DNA from: an uncultured cyanobacterium
Lineage (GTDB): Bacteria; Cyanobacteriota; Cyanobacteriia; Cyanobacteriales; Cyanobacteriaceae
Assembly: GCA_963749915.1 (NCBI GenBank)
Contig: CAVVOP010000021.1
Coordinates: 384,001 to 448,000 of the forward strand
Length of the DNA: 64,000 nucleotides
Direction: 5' to 3'
Under the pieces are notes generated by a model. It was not told where the DNA came from, did no database searches, and saw only the letters and a list, made by a program, of their open reading frames with translations. The position numbers and the translations under genes are program-made. Each line of letters begins with the position of its first letter. Position 1 is the first letter of the stretch. Of the stretch, positions 1-9,934 are shown piece after piece.

Positions 1-8
1 TCTATAAA

Positions 9-248
9 TTACCATTCTTCTTCAGTTAAAGATAAAAATTGCATATTAGAAATAGTTTCATCTAATTGACTATTTTGTTGAGAGTAAACTTGATTTAGTT
101 TTTCGGTAATATCTTTTTTGCGTTCATGATTTTTGAGATAATCACTCATTGCTAAAGCATAAAGTTCATTAAGACTAATTCCTAATTTGTGTGCTAATTT
201 TTCAGCTTGATTAAAGATAGAATCTGGAATAGAAATAGCTGTTTTCAT
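9..248 (-). CDS. Ribbon-helix-helix (CopG/ChpI-like) antitoxin; cognate toxin probably just outside the window
   Basis: MKTAISIPDSIF...AEKLAHKLGISLNELY is a typical RHH N-terminus; 79 aa. Confidence 0.7.
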   Translation of the reverse strand: MKTAISIPDSIFNQAEKLAHKLGISLNELYALAMSDYLKNHERKKDITEKLNQVYSQQNSQLDETISNMQFLSLTEEEW

Positions 249-347
249 ATCTGAAGTTATACTATAAATAATTTAATGTTAATAGTATTTAATTTTGAAT
301 AAAAGATAAGAAATATAATTAACTTAATTATACATCTAAGGTGAGTA

Positions 348-490
348 AACCTCACTCTATGCCTCTCATTCTTAGAAATAAGTCAACCTCATGTCTAACC
401 CTCTTTCACAGGGAAATTAACCTCACCCCCAACCCCTCTCTTACAGGAGAATTAACCTCATCCCCAGCCCTTCTCCTTCAAGGAGAAGGG
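348..490 (+). repeat. Four degenerate tandem ~35-bp units starting AACCTCA, the last ending in a hairpin
   Basis: Units start at 348, 385, 419 and 454; CCCTTCTCCT/AGGAGAAGGG stem at 468-490. Confidence 0.7.
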
Positions 491-557
491 AGTAATGCCC
501 ATTTACCCATTATGGGTGATAAGATTAAAGTAATATACTAAATAAATCAATTTTGTT

Positions 558-872
558 ATGTCAGGAATAAATACGACAGAATTCAAAGAGTTTCATCAGA
601 TCAAAAATCTTGTCTCTGCTGATGAAAGAGGAAGAATCACTTTGGGTGCTGAACTAAAAACTAGACAATTTCGAGTGCTGAAAAATGCCCTAGGGCAAAT
701 ACTTTTAGATCCTGTAGTACCAATTCCTGAGCGTGAACTATGGTTGTGGGAAAATCAAGAAGCATTAAAATCAGTGAAAAAAGGATTACAAGAAGCAAGT
801 GAAGGAGAAATTCAGGAAATGGGATCTTTTGCTGATTTTGCCGAGTTAGATGATGACTCAGAGGATGAGTAA
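558..872 (+). CDS. AbrB/MazE/SpoVT-like antitoxin
   Basis: ADERGRITLG...GQILLDPV swapped-hairpin motif, acidic C-terminus, 3 bp upstream of a toxin-like ORF. Confidence 0.65.
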   Translation: MSGINTTEFKEFHQIKNLVSADERGRITLGAELKTRQFRVLKNALGQILLDPVVPIPERELWLWENQEALKSVKKGLQEASEGEIQEMGSFADFAELDDDSEDE

Positions 873-875
873 ACT

Positions 876-1166
876 GTGCAATTTAAACTCAAATTTACTA
901 CAGAAGCGAAAACAACATTAGAGCAAGTTAAACAAACAAATCCCAAAAAGTTTAAAAGAGTCGCTCAAACATTAGGAAGAATGGAAGTCAATCTTCGGCA
1001 CCCTAGCTTACAAACTCACCAATATCATAGTCTTTCAGGAAAAAATGGGGAAAAAGTATTTGAATCTTATGTGGAAAATAAAACCCCTTCTGCTTATCGC
1101 GTTTTCTGGCATTATGGGCCATCTACTCAAGAAATAACGATACTGGCGATTACTCCTCATCCTTAA
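876..1166 (+). CDS. RelE-superfamily toxin
   Basis: 96 aa, basic; FKLKFTTEA..., RHPSLQTH, AYRVFWHY...ITILAITPHP; coupled to the upstream antitoxin. Confidence 0.65.
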   Translation: MQFKLKFTTEAKTTLEQVKQTNPKKFKRVAQTLGRMEVNLRHPSLQTHQYHSLSGKNGEKVFESYVENKTPSAYRVFWHYGPSTQEITILAITPHP

Positions 1167-1182
1167 ATTTACTTTCAATTAC

Positions 1183-1256
1183 CTATAGCAATGCTAAATC
1201 ATTTGTGTAAATTTTAACTGTGAAAACCTATAAACTTGTTAGATTGAAAGCTATAG
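1183..1256. repeat. Short MITE-like dispersed repeat remnant
   Basis: CTATAGC...GCTATAG inverted ends; the left end ctatagcaatgctaaatcatttgtg resembles a common cyanobacterial repeat. Confidence 0.35.
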
Positions 1257-1315
1257 TGAGCGAAACGCTCACACTCTTTTTTCTAAAATTATATTTTTTA
1301 CCTAAAAATGGAGAT

Positions 1316-2328
1316 AGAAAGCCCCCGTTATAAACCCAAAAATCTAATCGTTTTAACGGTGGGATGGGGCTTACAAGCACCTGAAATAAATTCAGGTGAC
1401 AGCCCCTCATGAATAGCGACCAACAACTAAAAGCCGATTAGGCTCTTGTTAAAGTATAATAATTTTATGGTAATAATTAACGGTAAAACATGTTAGTTAT
1501 TGAAGCTAAATTATACGGCAATCAACCTCAATATCGAATACTCGACGAGATGATTCGAACTGCTAGTTTTGTGCGTAATTCTTGTCTGAGATATTGGATG
1601 GACAACGAAAAAGTTGGACAATATGATTTGTCTGGTCAGTGTAAAATATTGGCTTCTGAATTTGAATGGGCAAAAAGTAGATAACCCTAGACATTTAAGA
1701 AAGTCTGAGAAGCAACTTAAAAAGCTTCAAAGACAAGTTAGCAAGAAGAAAAAAGGCAGTAAATCTCGTCGCAAAGCAATTAATAAATTAGGGAGAAAAC
1801 ATTTAAAAGTATCAAGGCAACGTAAAGACTGGGTGGTAAAATTAGCTCGGTGCGTGATCCAATCTAACGATTTGGTAGCTTATGAGAAATTAACTGTGAA
1901 AAATATGGTCAAAAATCACTGTTTAGCTAAAAGTATCAATGATGCTTCATGGCGGATGTTTTTTGACTGGCTAGAATACTACGGTCAAGTCATGGGCAAA
2001 ATTGTTTATGGTGTCAATCCACAATATACATCCCAAGAATGTCCACAATGTCAACAAATAGTCAAAAAAACTTTGTCTCAACGAACTCATATTTGTGAGT
2101 GCGGATGCGAATTAGATCGAGATGAAGCAGCAGCAATCAATATTTTAGCAAAAGCATTAAGAGAATTAAGTAGGGGTGGGCAATCCCAAACTTCTAGCCG
2201 AGAGCTAGTCAACGCTAATGGACACATCAACCTCTGTCAGTTGAGCGAGAGCTTAATTGGTAAGTTGAGTGGATGAAGTTAGAATCCCCCACTATAGCCC
2301 GAAGGGTTTAGTGGCGGGAGAATGTCAA
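1316..2328 (+). mobile_element. IS200/IS605-family (tnpB-only) element with internal deletion
   Basis: Subterminal hairpin at the left end (aagcccccgtta...taacggtgggatggggctt); right-end hairpin 2284-2320 ending in TCAA at 2325-2328; tnpB fragments inside; left boundary approximate. Confidence 0.8.
1490..2276 (+). pseudogene. tnpB: RNA-guided nuclease TnpB, internally deleted and frameshifted
   Basis: N-terminal MLVIEAKLYG...EFEWAK joins out of frame to NGQKVDNPRHLRKSEK...; RuvC-II (VAYEKL), zinc ribbon (CPQC..CECG) and RuvC-III (DRDEAAAINI) present; RuvC-I absent. Confidence 0.85.
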
Positions 2329-2361
2329 AGCTCCTACACGAACTACTATAAAGTTAACATT

Positions 2362-2619
2362 ATGAATGCTTACAAGAAATATTTGACTATTGATGATTCT
2401 CAGCAATTAGTTTTATCCAATTTACCATTTAAACCAGGTCAAAAAGTTGAAGTAATTATCTTATCCGAAGAAGATCAACAAATAGAAGAAAGAGTAAAAG
2501 AATTACAGGAAAAAATAGAAGTTGGTACCCAACAGATTGAAGCAGGAAAAGTAACAGATGGAGAAGTCGTTTTTGCTCAAATAAAAGAAAAATTACACCA
2601 AGATTATGGGGTTGAATAA
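2362..2619 (+). CDS. Antitoxin (ParD-like C-terminus)
   Basis: ATG at 2362, outside the IS; ELQEKIEVGTQQIEAGKVTDGEVVF; TAATG stop/start overlap with the toxin. Confidence 0.7.
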   Translation: MNAYKKYLTIDDSQQLVLSNLPFKPGQKVEVIILSEEDQQIEERVKELQEKIEVGTQQIEAGKVTDGEVVFAQIKEKLHQDYGVE

Positions 2620-2915
2620 TGGGCAGTTATAGTTTCTCCGAAGAAGCGATTAAAGACTTAAATGATATTTGTGATTATGTCGCCCAAATTAATCCCCAAG
2701 CCGCAAGTAATCTTTTTGATGCAATTCGCAAGAAATGCAAATTGGTAGCGAATTTTCCCAATATGGGTAAAAATTACGATAAACTCAAGCCTAATCTCAG
2801 AGGCTTTTTAGTTGATGATTATATAATTTTTTATTATCCCCAAGAAGAGGGAATAGCTATTGCGAGAGTTGTTTATGGATATCGAGATTTAGAAGAGTTT
2901 TTTGAAGATTCTTAA
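2619..2915 (+). CDS. RelE/ParE-family toxin
   Basis: YSFSEEAIKDLNDICDYVA...FPNMG...LRGFLVDDYIIFY...IARVVYGYRD. Confidence 0.85.
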   Translation: MGSYSFSEEAIKDLNDICDYVAQINPQAASNLFDAIRKKCKLVANFPNMGKNYDKLKPNLRGFLVDDYIIFYYPQEEGIAIARVVYGYRDLEEFFEDS

Positions 2916-3014
2916 TTTGAAAGACAAAATCCTCCAGTTCAACATCTTAATCCGCTAGCTATTAGGAATAAACTCTTCGTCTAATTTGGCTTTGCTACTC
3001 AGGAAAAACTACCG

Positions 3015-4876
3015 ATGAAAATTCCCGTTAAACTCCAAGAATTACTGCAACAAGATCAAGCAACACTCACCCCCATCATTATGTTGATTGGTCAAGGCAA
3101 TGTAATCTTAGACTGTTCTGGAGTAGAAAGCATAACGGCAGAGCAATTAGAGTTTATTTTTGCCCAAATTCCTGATGATTGGGATTTTACCAAGTTAACA
3201 GAAATAATTAATCTAGATACCCTGTCAGAAACCTTTGCTAATCAGCTCCAACATCGTTTCACCCCACCTTCAGAGTCAGAAATAATCCCCCAGTCATCTA
3301 TAGAAAAAACGCCGCAAATAGAGTCATTAGATATATTTAATCTCCGCAATGAAATCATTGACGATTATCGCAGTTATATCGAAAGCTTTTTAAAAATTCG
3401 TGACTCTAAAATTGAGCAGTTTGTCGAGCAAGAGTTAGAGAAAGGAGAACTATGGCCAGATCCTTTAATTCAGCTTAATCCTAGTTATAAACAGGGCAAA
3501 AACGTCACTGAGTTAATCACAGAAGGTATCTTACATCCTGAAACCAAAGGCTACTTTTCCCGAAATGGCACTCCTTATACTTTTCGGTACCACCAAGAAC
3601 AAGCCTTTAGGGTGGCTCATCGTCAAGAACCTTATGTATTAACCACTGGTACAGGTTCAGGAAAAAGTATGACCTATGTAGTACCTATTTTTGATGATTT
3701 ACTACGTCATCCAGAGATTAAGGGAGTCAGAGCAATATTGGTCTATCCCATGAATGCTTTAATTAATTCCCAAAAAGAAGAATTTGATAAGTTCCTCTCC
3801 CAAGTACCTAATAGTCATATTCGGGTAGAACAATATACAGGTCAAGAAAGTCTGGCGAAAAAAACTGAGATTCAAAACAATCCTCCGCAAATTATCTTGA
3901 CTAACTATGTGATGTTAGAATTGATGCTCAGTCGCACCCATGAGAAAAAATTAGTTGCTTCTCCCGATTTAAAATTCCTGGTTTTAGACGAATTACATAC
4001 TTATAGAGGTCGTCAGGGAGCGGATGTAGGGATTTTAATCCGTAAGTTAAGACAAAGATGTGGTCAACAACTTCTCTGTATTGGTACTAGTGCCACCATG
4101 TCCACAGAAGGGAAAAGAAGAGATCGTCAAAAGACTGTAGCAGGTGTAGCAAGTAAGTTATTTGGGGTAGAAGTAAAACCTGACAACGTTATTGACGAAA
4201 CCTTAGAACCTTCTATTAAACGTCCCTATCCCACAGTGGAAGAATTGCGAGAAGTAATTGATAGCTGAAGGGGTGACGACACCTCTGAAACGATTAAACT
4301 GTAAACATTTCAAAGGCTATTCTCAATAAGAACTTGAGATACTATCAATTTATATAGTATGTCAAAAAGCCGAATTAATTACCAAATATAGCTTTTGGGC
4401 TGCTCGTCACCCCTTCAGGGATTTTTGGCAAAAACATGAGCATCCCTTACTACTACAAGCTACACCTAATGAACGTTATAGTATTATTCTGGCTGTTCTC
4501 AATCAACTACGTAAATTAATGCTTTAGCAGATGCAGGCTATTTACTTCAAGAAAACGATAAAGTGCAATTGCGGATTGACTCTCTGATTTGGAAAGCAGA
4601 AAAAGTAACCAATATTCCCCTAGATCCTATGACATCCAAAAGGTTACAAGGAAGTGAATCAACAGACATTGAAGTTAATCGCTTTTTTCAAGATTTCTAC
4701 GACTCCAGTAATTTAAGTACCCAGAATTTAGAAGGAAGAGAACATACAGGACAAGTTAAAAACGAACAACGTCAACAAAGGGAAGATAGCTTCCGTCAAG
4801 GAGAATTAGCAGCTTTATTCTGTTCTCCCACGATGGAATTAGGCATTGATATAGCGGATCTGAATGTAGTTCATAT
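3015..4876 (+). pseudogene. Large SF2 DEAD/DEAH helicase (defence-associated DruE/DrmB/SftH-like class) with N-terminal STAS-like domain; fragmented
   Basis: Q-motif YHQEQA, TGTGSGKS, YPMNAL, DELH and TSAT in 3015-4268; motif V region CSPTMELGIDIADLNVVH in the 4563-4876 fragment; cut by a MITE and by IS1634. Confidence 0.8.
4265..4418. mobile_element. 154-bp MITE, family unassigned
   Basis: Perfect 15-bp terminal inverted repeats CTGAAGGGGTGACGA (4265-4279) / TCGTCACCCCTTCAG (4404-4418); supplies the TGA that stops the helicase. Confidence 0.85.
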
Positions 4877-6974
4877 CCCACATTCCGCACGTCACTTTGT
4901 AAGATGATAAAAGTATTAAAACCAAGCAACTTATTTTGGACAAAATATAAGTAATAATACTCAATATCTTCTTTATTCGCGTTTTGTACTTGCGAACTTT
5001 GCTCAAATTAAAATCTCATTGTCAATAACTTCACCTTTAATGAGAATAAATAAACAGAGCAAATCTATCAGTTTTCTCTTCTTTATTTATGGTATTATAA
5101 TTGAGAATGTTTAGACTCTTAAATCCCATAAGTTATCCAGATAAAATATAATAATTATGACAAGAAATCGGGAAAAAACTTAAAATTAGTTTTCGTTCAT
5201 TTGTTAGATTTACTATCTGTTTTATTCCTTGATTTATTACTAAATGAATCCCCTGAAAACATTGAAATATCCATCTTAACGTTGGACGTTCCGTTAGTTT
5301 TCCTAGCTGATTTTTTATCCCCGTTTTTCTCTCCTCTAATAAGCGACGCACTTCTCTTTGCCCCAAAGAATAGACTAACAGACATAACCCCATCAACATT
5401 GCCATTGTTTCGATTCTTTTTGGGGTTTTTAAAAACACACTATCGGCAAAAAATAATGGCTCTTTCAGAAAACTAAAACCTCTTTCTGCGGCTTGTTGCT
5501 CTTTATACTTAATTAAAATTTCATCAGAATTAAATTTACTTTTATCCAATCTATTTGTAGCTAACACAAATCTTCCTGCTCTTTTTTTTGATTCGTTTAT
5601 TTTCGTTAAATCTGATTTCAAAATAGCCGTAACTTGATAAGTTTTTCCCGATTTTTCTTCTTTCTTTTTCGATTTTTTCTTGTGATTATTTAACTCACTT
5701 TCTGTCATTTTTAGCTCGGTTATGTGATGATATTTTAAAGTCTTATTTAGTCTCACAACTGTTTCATAAGCTCCCTCTGATGAGCTAAATTCTTCTTTCA
5801 TCAATTTCTTTAATATTTCTTCGGTTTTTTCTTTTTCTTTCTCTATTTTTTCCCTTAGTTTTTCTAGCTCTGATACTTTTCTTTTTTCACTTTCTACTAT
5901 TAACCATCTTTGCTCAATTTCTGCATAATTATTCCTTACTTCACACCATGAATATCCTTCTAAACTACTTGGAGTCAAATCAGATTCTGATAGTTCTGAA
6001 ACTAAATTTTTTGCCTCTTTTATTGATAGTGGAACTCTCGATAACCATTCTATTCCACTCATTAATTTCAGGTTATTTTCTGTATATAAGGCACTATCAC
6101 CTACTATCATCGTCTCAAAATCTATCATTGATTTGTATTCTTTCGCTATTTTGCCGAAAACTGCTCTATCATTTTCATTGCCATCTGCTACTCTTAAAAA
6201 TAGTGGAATATCACCATCACCACTCACAATTAAATCCAAAATAAATTGTTTTAAATCTGGTCTATGGTCACGGGAATAACCTTTAATTATCTTAATTGGA
6301 ATTTGATTAATTAACTCTAATTCTGCATTTTCTTTCACCAAGTTTTTGGTGATTTTTTCTTGATTATATTTCCCCTCTACTGCAAAAGAAGTTGAATCTA
6401 AATGGGAAAAATCTATATTGATATTATATTTTTTTACTATGGCTAAAGCAATAATTAAAAATAATGGAGATAATCCTTTTTCATAAAGTTTATCCATTAT
6501 TCTTCCAATTCTATCATCGTTCAAATGCTCAGGTAGTATTCCTTTTCCGATTAAATGTTCTGTGGCTTTGTCTTTAAAAAACTGTGGAAATAGATAAAGA
6601 GGTCGAGAAATAAATCCTAATCCGTTCAGAATAATTGCTTTGACTATTTGACCTGCTGTCACGATTTCCCTCTCGTCAATACCGAGGGCATCATTAATAA
6701 TTTCTTCAATGCCAATTTCATCTATAACTCCAGCAATTAATCCTAAATGATTAATGGTTTGAACTTGTATATCTTCTGAAAACATCATTTCCAAAATTAA
6801 ATTAAAAACTGAATTTAATTATCCCTTAAACGTTGCTCATTTTTCTACTAATTTATCTGAGTTCTCTTTATAAGCTAGAGAACTAATCACCGAGTATTTC
6901 TTGTCGTAGTCAATCACTGTTCAACCTCTAACCTCGTAATCTGAATTTATACAGTTTGACGTGCGGAATGTGGG
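4877..6974 (-). mobile_element. IS1634-family insertion sequence
   Basis: 18-bp terminal inverted repeats CCCACATTCCGCACGTCA (4877-4894) / TGACGTGCGGAATGTGGG (6957-6974); no target-site duplication. Confidence 0.9.
5133..6794 (-). CDS. IS1634-family DDE transposase
   Basis: HLGLIAG, HLNDDRIGR, HLDSTS, GYSRDHRPDLKQ, VGDSAL, AAERGFSFLK motifs; 553 aa, apparently intact. Confidence 0.9.
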   Translation of the reverse strand: MEMMFSEDIQVQTINHLGLIAGVIDEIGIEEIINDALGIDEREIVTAGQIVKAIILNGLGFISRPLYLFPQFFKDKATEHLIGKGILPEHLNDDRIGRIMDKLYEKGLSPLFLIIALAIVKKYNINIDFSHLDSTSFAVEGKYNQEKITKNLVKENAELELINQIPIKIIKGYSRDHRPDLKQFILDLIVSGDGDIPLFLRVADGNENDRAVFGKIAKEYKSMIDFETMIVGDSALYTENNLKLMSGIEWLSRVPLSIKEAKNLVSELSESDLTPSSLEGYSWCEVRNNYAEIEQRWLIVESEKRKVSELEKLREKIEKEKEKTEEILKKLMKEEFSSSEGAYETVVRLNKTLKYHHITELKMTESELNNHKKKSKKKEEKSGKTYQVTAILKSDLTKINESKKRAGRFVLATNRLDKSKFNSDEILIKYKEQQAAERGFSFLKEPLFFADSVFLKTPKRIETMAMLMGLCLLVYSLGQREVRRLLEERKTGIKNQLGKLTERPTLRWIFQCFQGIHLVINQGIKQIVNLTNERKLILSFFPISCHNYYILSG

Positions 6975-7559
6975 TTAGAAACTCGCTACTATTTGAACAG
7001 TTTTCCCAGTAATGCCGAAGTCTTTGGCCAAGCGGTTCGTAGTCATTGGGGAATAGAAAATTCTCTTCATTGGGTTTTAGATGTTAGCTTTCGTGAAGAT
7101 GAGTGTCGAATTCGCCGAGATAACTCTCCTGAGAATTTTGCTTTACTTCGTCATATTGCTCTCAATCTTCTTTCTCAAGAAAAAACTGCGATGATGGGTA
7201 TTCAAAATAAACGTCTTCAAGCTGCTTGGGATGACCAATATCTTGCTTGCACAAGTGTTAAGAATTTAAACAGACAAACTGACTGAAAAGCCTATTTTTC
7301 CGTTGGACAATCTTCCTTGTCTACCAATCTTCCCCCTCAAAAGATGTCTTACCCTCACCAGAATGTAAAAAAACTAACCTTGTCAGCTCGCCTCTTGAAG
7401 TAGCGATCGCCTTTTGAAGCAGCGATCGCCCTAATGCCAGATTATCTATACACTCTCATTGATTGGAAATATGCTAAGGGCTTGGAGTTAACCAAAATTT
7501 ACGGAAACCCTCTGAGCTTATCATTTTCCCTTCTTCAAAATTTAGATGCGTTTGCCCTG
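6975..7559 (+). mobile_element. ISAs1-family remnant (3' part of transposase plus right end)
   Basis: ETRYY...VRSHWGIENSLHWVLDVSFREDECRIR motif (to 7286); terminal ttagatgcgtttgccctg ending at 7559 (CAGGG-type end). Confidence 0.85.
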
Positions 7560-7629
7560 CGATACCCAACCTTCAAATTGATTTTAATTTGATTTTTTGG
7601 TAATAGCTAATTTATTTTTTCAGCAAATC

Positions 7630-8268
7630 CTAATTCAAAGCATCCTTCAAAGCAGTACGGGCGGCTAAGTTTCCTCTTGTAGTCGTTAAGATATCAATTT
7701 CTCTTTGCAACCTTTCTGCTGTATCTTGCATTTCTAATAATGCTTGTTGTTCAATTGCCACTCCATAAAGATTACTAGCTATCCAGTAGGATAATTCTCT
7801 GGGTAAAGTGGGCAAATTTTCTGGTAACTCAATTCTTTGATCTGTTAACTTAGCAGACAAGTTCACAACATCATGCAATAAAGTTGTTGCTTCCTTGGCT
7901 TTTTCCCGCAAATTATATTGGGTAGAATTATCCTCAAACCACTCCACTAAGGCAACTCGATAAGGTTTTTCCCTCACATATTCTAACACTCTAAATCTCT
8001 GCTGCCCTAAAGTTAACACCTTCATGCGATCGTCGGGTAAACGTTCAAAATGGATTATTTCCGCACAACAACCCACGTTAGCAATTTCTCCGTTACTAGG
8101 ATTGATCATTAATACTCCAAAACGGCGATCATATTCTAAAATAGTATTCATCATCATGCGATAACGAAATTCGAAGATATGCAACGGTAAAGGGCGCCCC
8201 GGAAATAACACGACTTCGGGAAGGGGAAACAGGGGTAATTCTCTAACTGCGATGGAAGAAGATGCCAT
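7630..8268 (-). CDS. Lon peptidase N-terminal (substrate-binding) domain protein
   Basis: LPLFPLPEVVLFPGRPLPLHIFEFRYRMM; no ATPase domain. Confidence 0.9.
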   Translation of the reverse strand: MASSSIAVRELPLFPLPEVVLFPGRPLPLHIFEFRYRMMMNTILEYDRRFGVLMINPSNGEIANVGCCAEIIHFERLPDDRMKVLTLGQQRFRVLEYVREKPYRVALVEWFEDNSTQYNLREKAKEATTLLHDVVNLSAKLTDQRIELPENLPTLPRELSYWIASNLYGVAIEQQALLEMQDTAERLQREIDILTTTRGNLAARTALKDALN

Positions 8269-8391
8269 GATTTTTCGCTCTAATTATGCACTTTTCTCTA
8301 ATTTAGCGGATTTTGGCATCAATTAACAGTTGACCATTCAGTTAAAAAAGTGCGATCCCTTAATCTTTTTCCCTTAGAATCTTTTAGACTT

Positions 8392-9531
8392 TCAAAATAT
8401 CTCGGAATTAATGCCAATGGCCTCATTTATATGATCAAATCCGTTTTCTGCTAATTTTTGGGTTAATCCCTGCAAAATTTCTTTGACAACCCAAGGACCT
8501 TCATAAATCCATCCGCTATAAAATTGTAATAAACTTGCCCCTGCGGTAATTTTTTCCCATGCGGATTCTGCGTCAAAAATACCCCCTACACCAATAATGG
8601 GCAATTTTCCGTTAGTTTTTCGATAAATAAACCTAATTACTTCTGTAGATCGATTTCTTAAAGGTTGTCCGCTAATTCCTCCTGCTTCCTCCGTTATCGG
8701 TTTACCCGTAGCTGGCAGAATCCGAGTTTTTAACCCGTCTCTTTTAACAGTGGTATTGGTGGCAACGATGCCCGATAAATTATATTGCTGGGACACCTTT
8801 AAAATTGACCTTATATCATCCCAATCCAAGTCTGGAGCTATTTTGATCAAAATCGGTTTTTCCCCTTGATTATGGTTGTTTAAAGCCTCTAGGATTGGCT
8901 CTAATTGCTCTCCCCCCTGAAGCGATCGCAATCCGGGAGTATTGGGAGAACTGACATTTACCACAAAATAATCCCCATAGGGGGATAAAAGGTGAAAACT
9001 GCCCACATAATCTTCGGCGGCTTGATCTAATTCGGTAACTTTAGATTTACATAAATTAATACCGATGGGAATAGTGCGGGGGTGTCTTTCCCATGTCTCT
9101 TTCAGTCGTTGTGCGATGGTCGCAGCACCGTCATTATTAGCACCCATACGATTCAGAATCGCCTTATCGGCTGGTAAACGAAACATTCGAGGAGAAGGAT
9201 TACCTATTTGAGAATGGAGAGTAACCGCACCCAACTCAGCAAAACTAAAGCCAAAACTTGACCAAATAGCGGCCGCTTGAGCATTTTTATCGAATCCGGG
9301 TGCTAAACCTAAAGGGTGAGAAAAGTTTAAATTCCAGAAAGATTGAGATAAAGAAGAATGACTATAACAAAAGGATTTTTCCATCTGTTGAATAGTCCAT
9401 TGTCCCAAAAAATTATCCTGTCGAAAACTTAATTGTTGTAATAAATTTAAGGTTTGTATATGGGCAAATTCCGGATTAGCTTTTAAAGACGCAAAAAAGG
9501 CAGAATATAAAGGTTTGAGAATATTTAACAT
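8392..9531 (-). CDS. pyrD: Quinone-dependent dihydroorotate dehydrogenase
   Basis: [34 protein letters not shown]. Confidence 0.95.
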   Translation of the reverse strand: MLNILKPLYSAFFASLKANPEFAHIQTLNLLQQLSFRQDNFLGQWTIQQMEKSFCYSHSSLSQSFWNLNFSHPLGLAPGFDKNAQAAAIWSSFGFSFAELGAVTLHSQIGNPSPRMFRLPADKAILNRMGANNDGAATIAQRLKETWERHPRTIPIGINLCKSKVTELDQAAEDYVGSFHLLSPYGDYFVVNVSSPNTPGLRSLQGGEQLEPILEALNNHNQGEKPILIKIAPDLDWDDIRSILKVSQQYNLSGIVATNTTVKRDGLKTRILPATGKPITEEAGGISGQPLRNRSTEVIRFIYRKTNGKLPIIGVGGIFDAESAWEKITAGASLLQFYSGWIYEGPWVVKEILQGLTQKLAENGFDHINEAIGINSEIF

Positions 9532-9698
9532 TTGTTAAGAATGATTACGAAATTAACGATCGCTGAGTAGTTTTAATACTCTTATCTTTGGTGATAATTT
9601 GAAGATGTAGATAAAATAACGTTATCGTCTCCACAGAATTAATTAACAAAATAAATCCTTTTTCAATATATTCAGGATAGGTTTTTGTTGATCCCTAT

Positions 9699-9714
9699 TG
9701 TATATACGAATACA
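9699..9714. promoter_or_regulatory. Candidate NtcA binding site
   Basis: TGTATATACGAATACA matches tGTA-N8-TACa in the divergent promoter region. Confidence 0.45.
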
Positions 9715-9934
9715 TTATTTTAATTGTGAACTAAAAGTTCATCTAAGTTAACAAAAATTTAACTAAATATTTAGATATGTTAAGCAATAGTTAAAACAAT
9801 ATGAACAAAAAACTCTTTAAAAAACAGTATTCCTCTAGCTACGAGCCGTTTATAGCTTACAAAGCCCTGATCCCAGATAGTTGATAATGGGGGAGGAGAA
9901 AAAACCATTAGACAAATTCCATAGCTGTAAGAAA

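Noticed and set aside
341..541. 66-aa ORF
   Set aside because: It is a translation of the tandem repeat array and has no protein-like features
1171..1256. ATTGAAAG / CTTTCAAT motifs resembling CRISPR repeat ends
   Set aside because: Only two, in inverted orientation, with no repeat-spacer periodicity and no cas genes
2269..2361. N-terminal extension of the antitoxin ORF in the track
   Set aside because: Runs through the IS right-end hairpin; ATG 2362 is the plausible start
5197..6244. Short ORFs overlapping the IS1634 transposase
   Set aside because: Antisense or alternate-frame shadows of an A-rich gene
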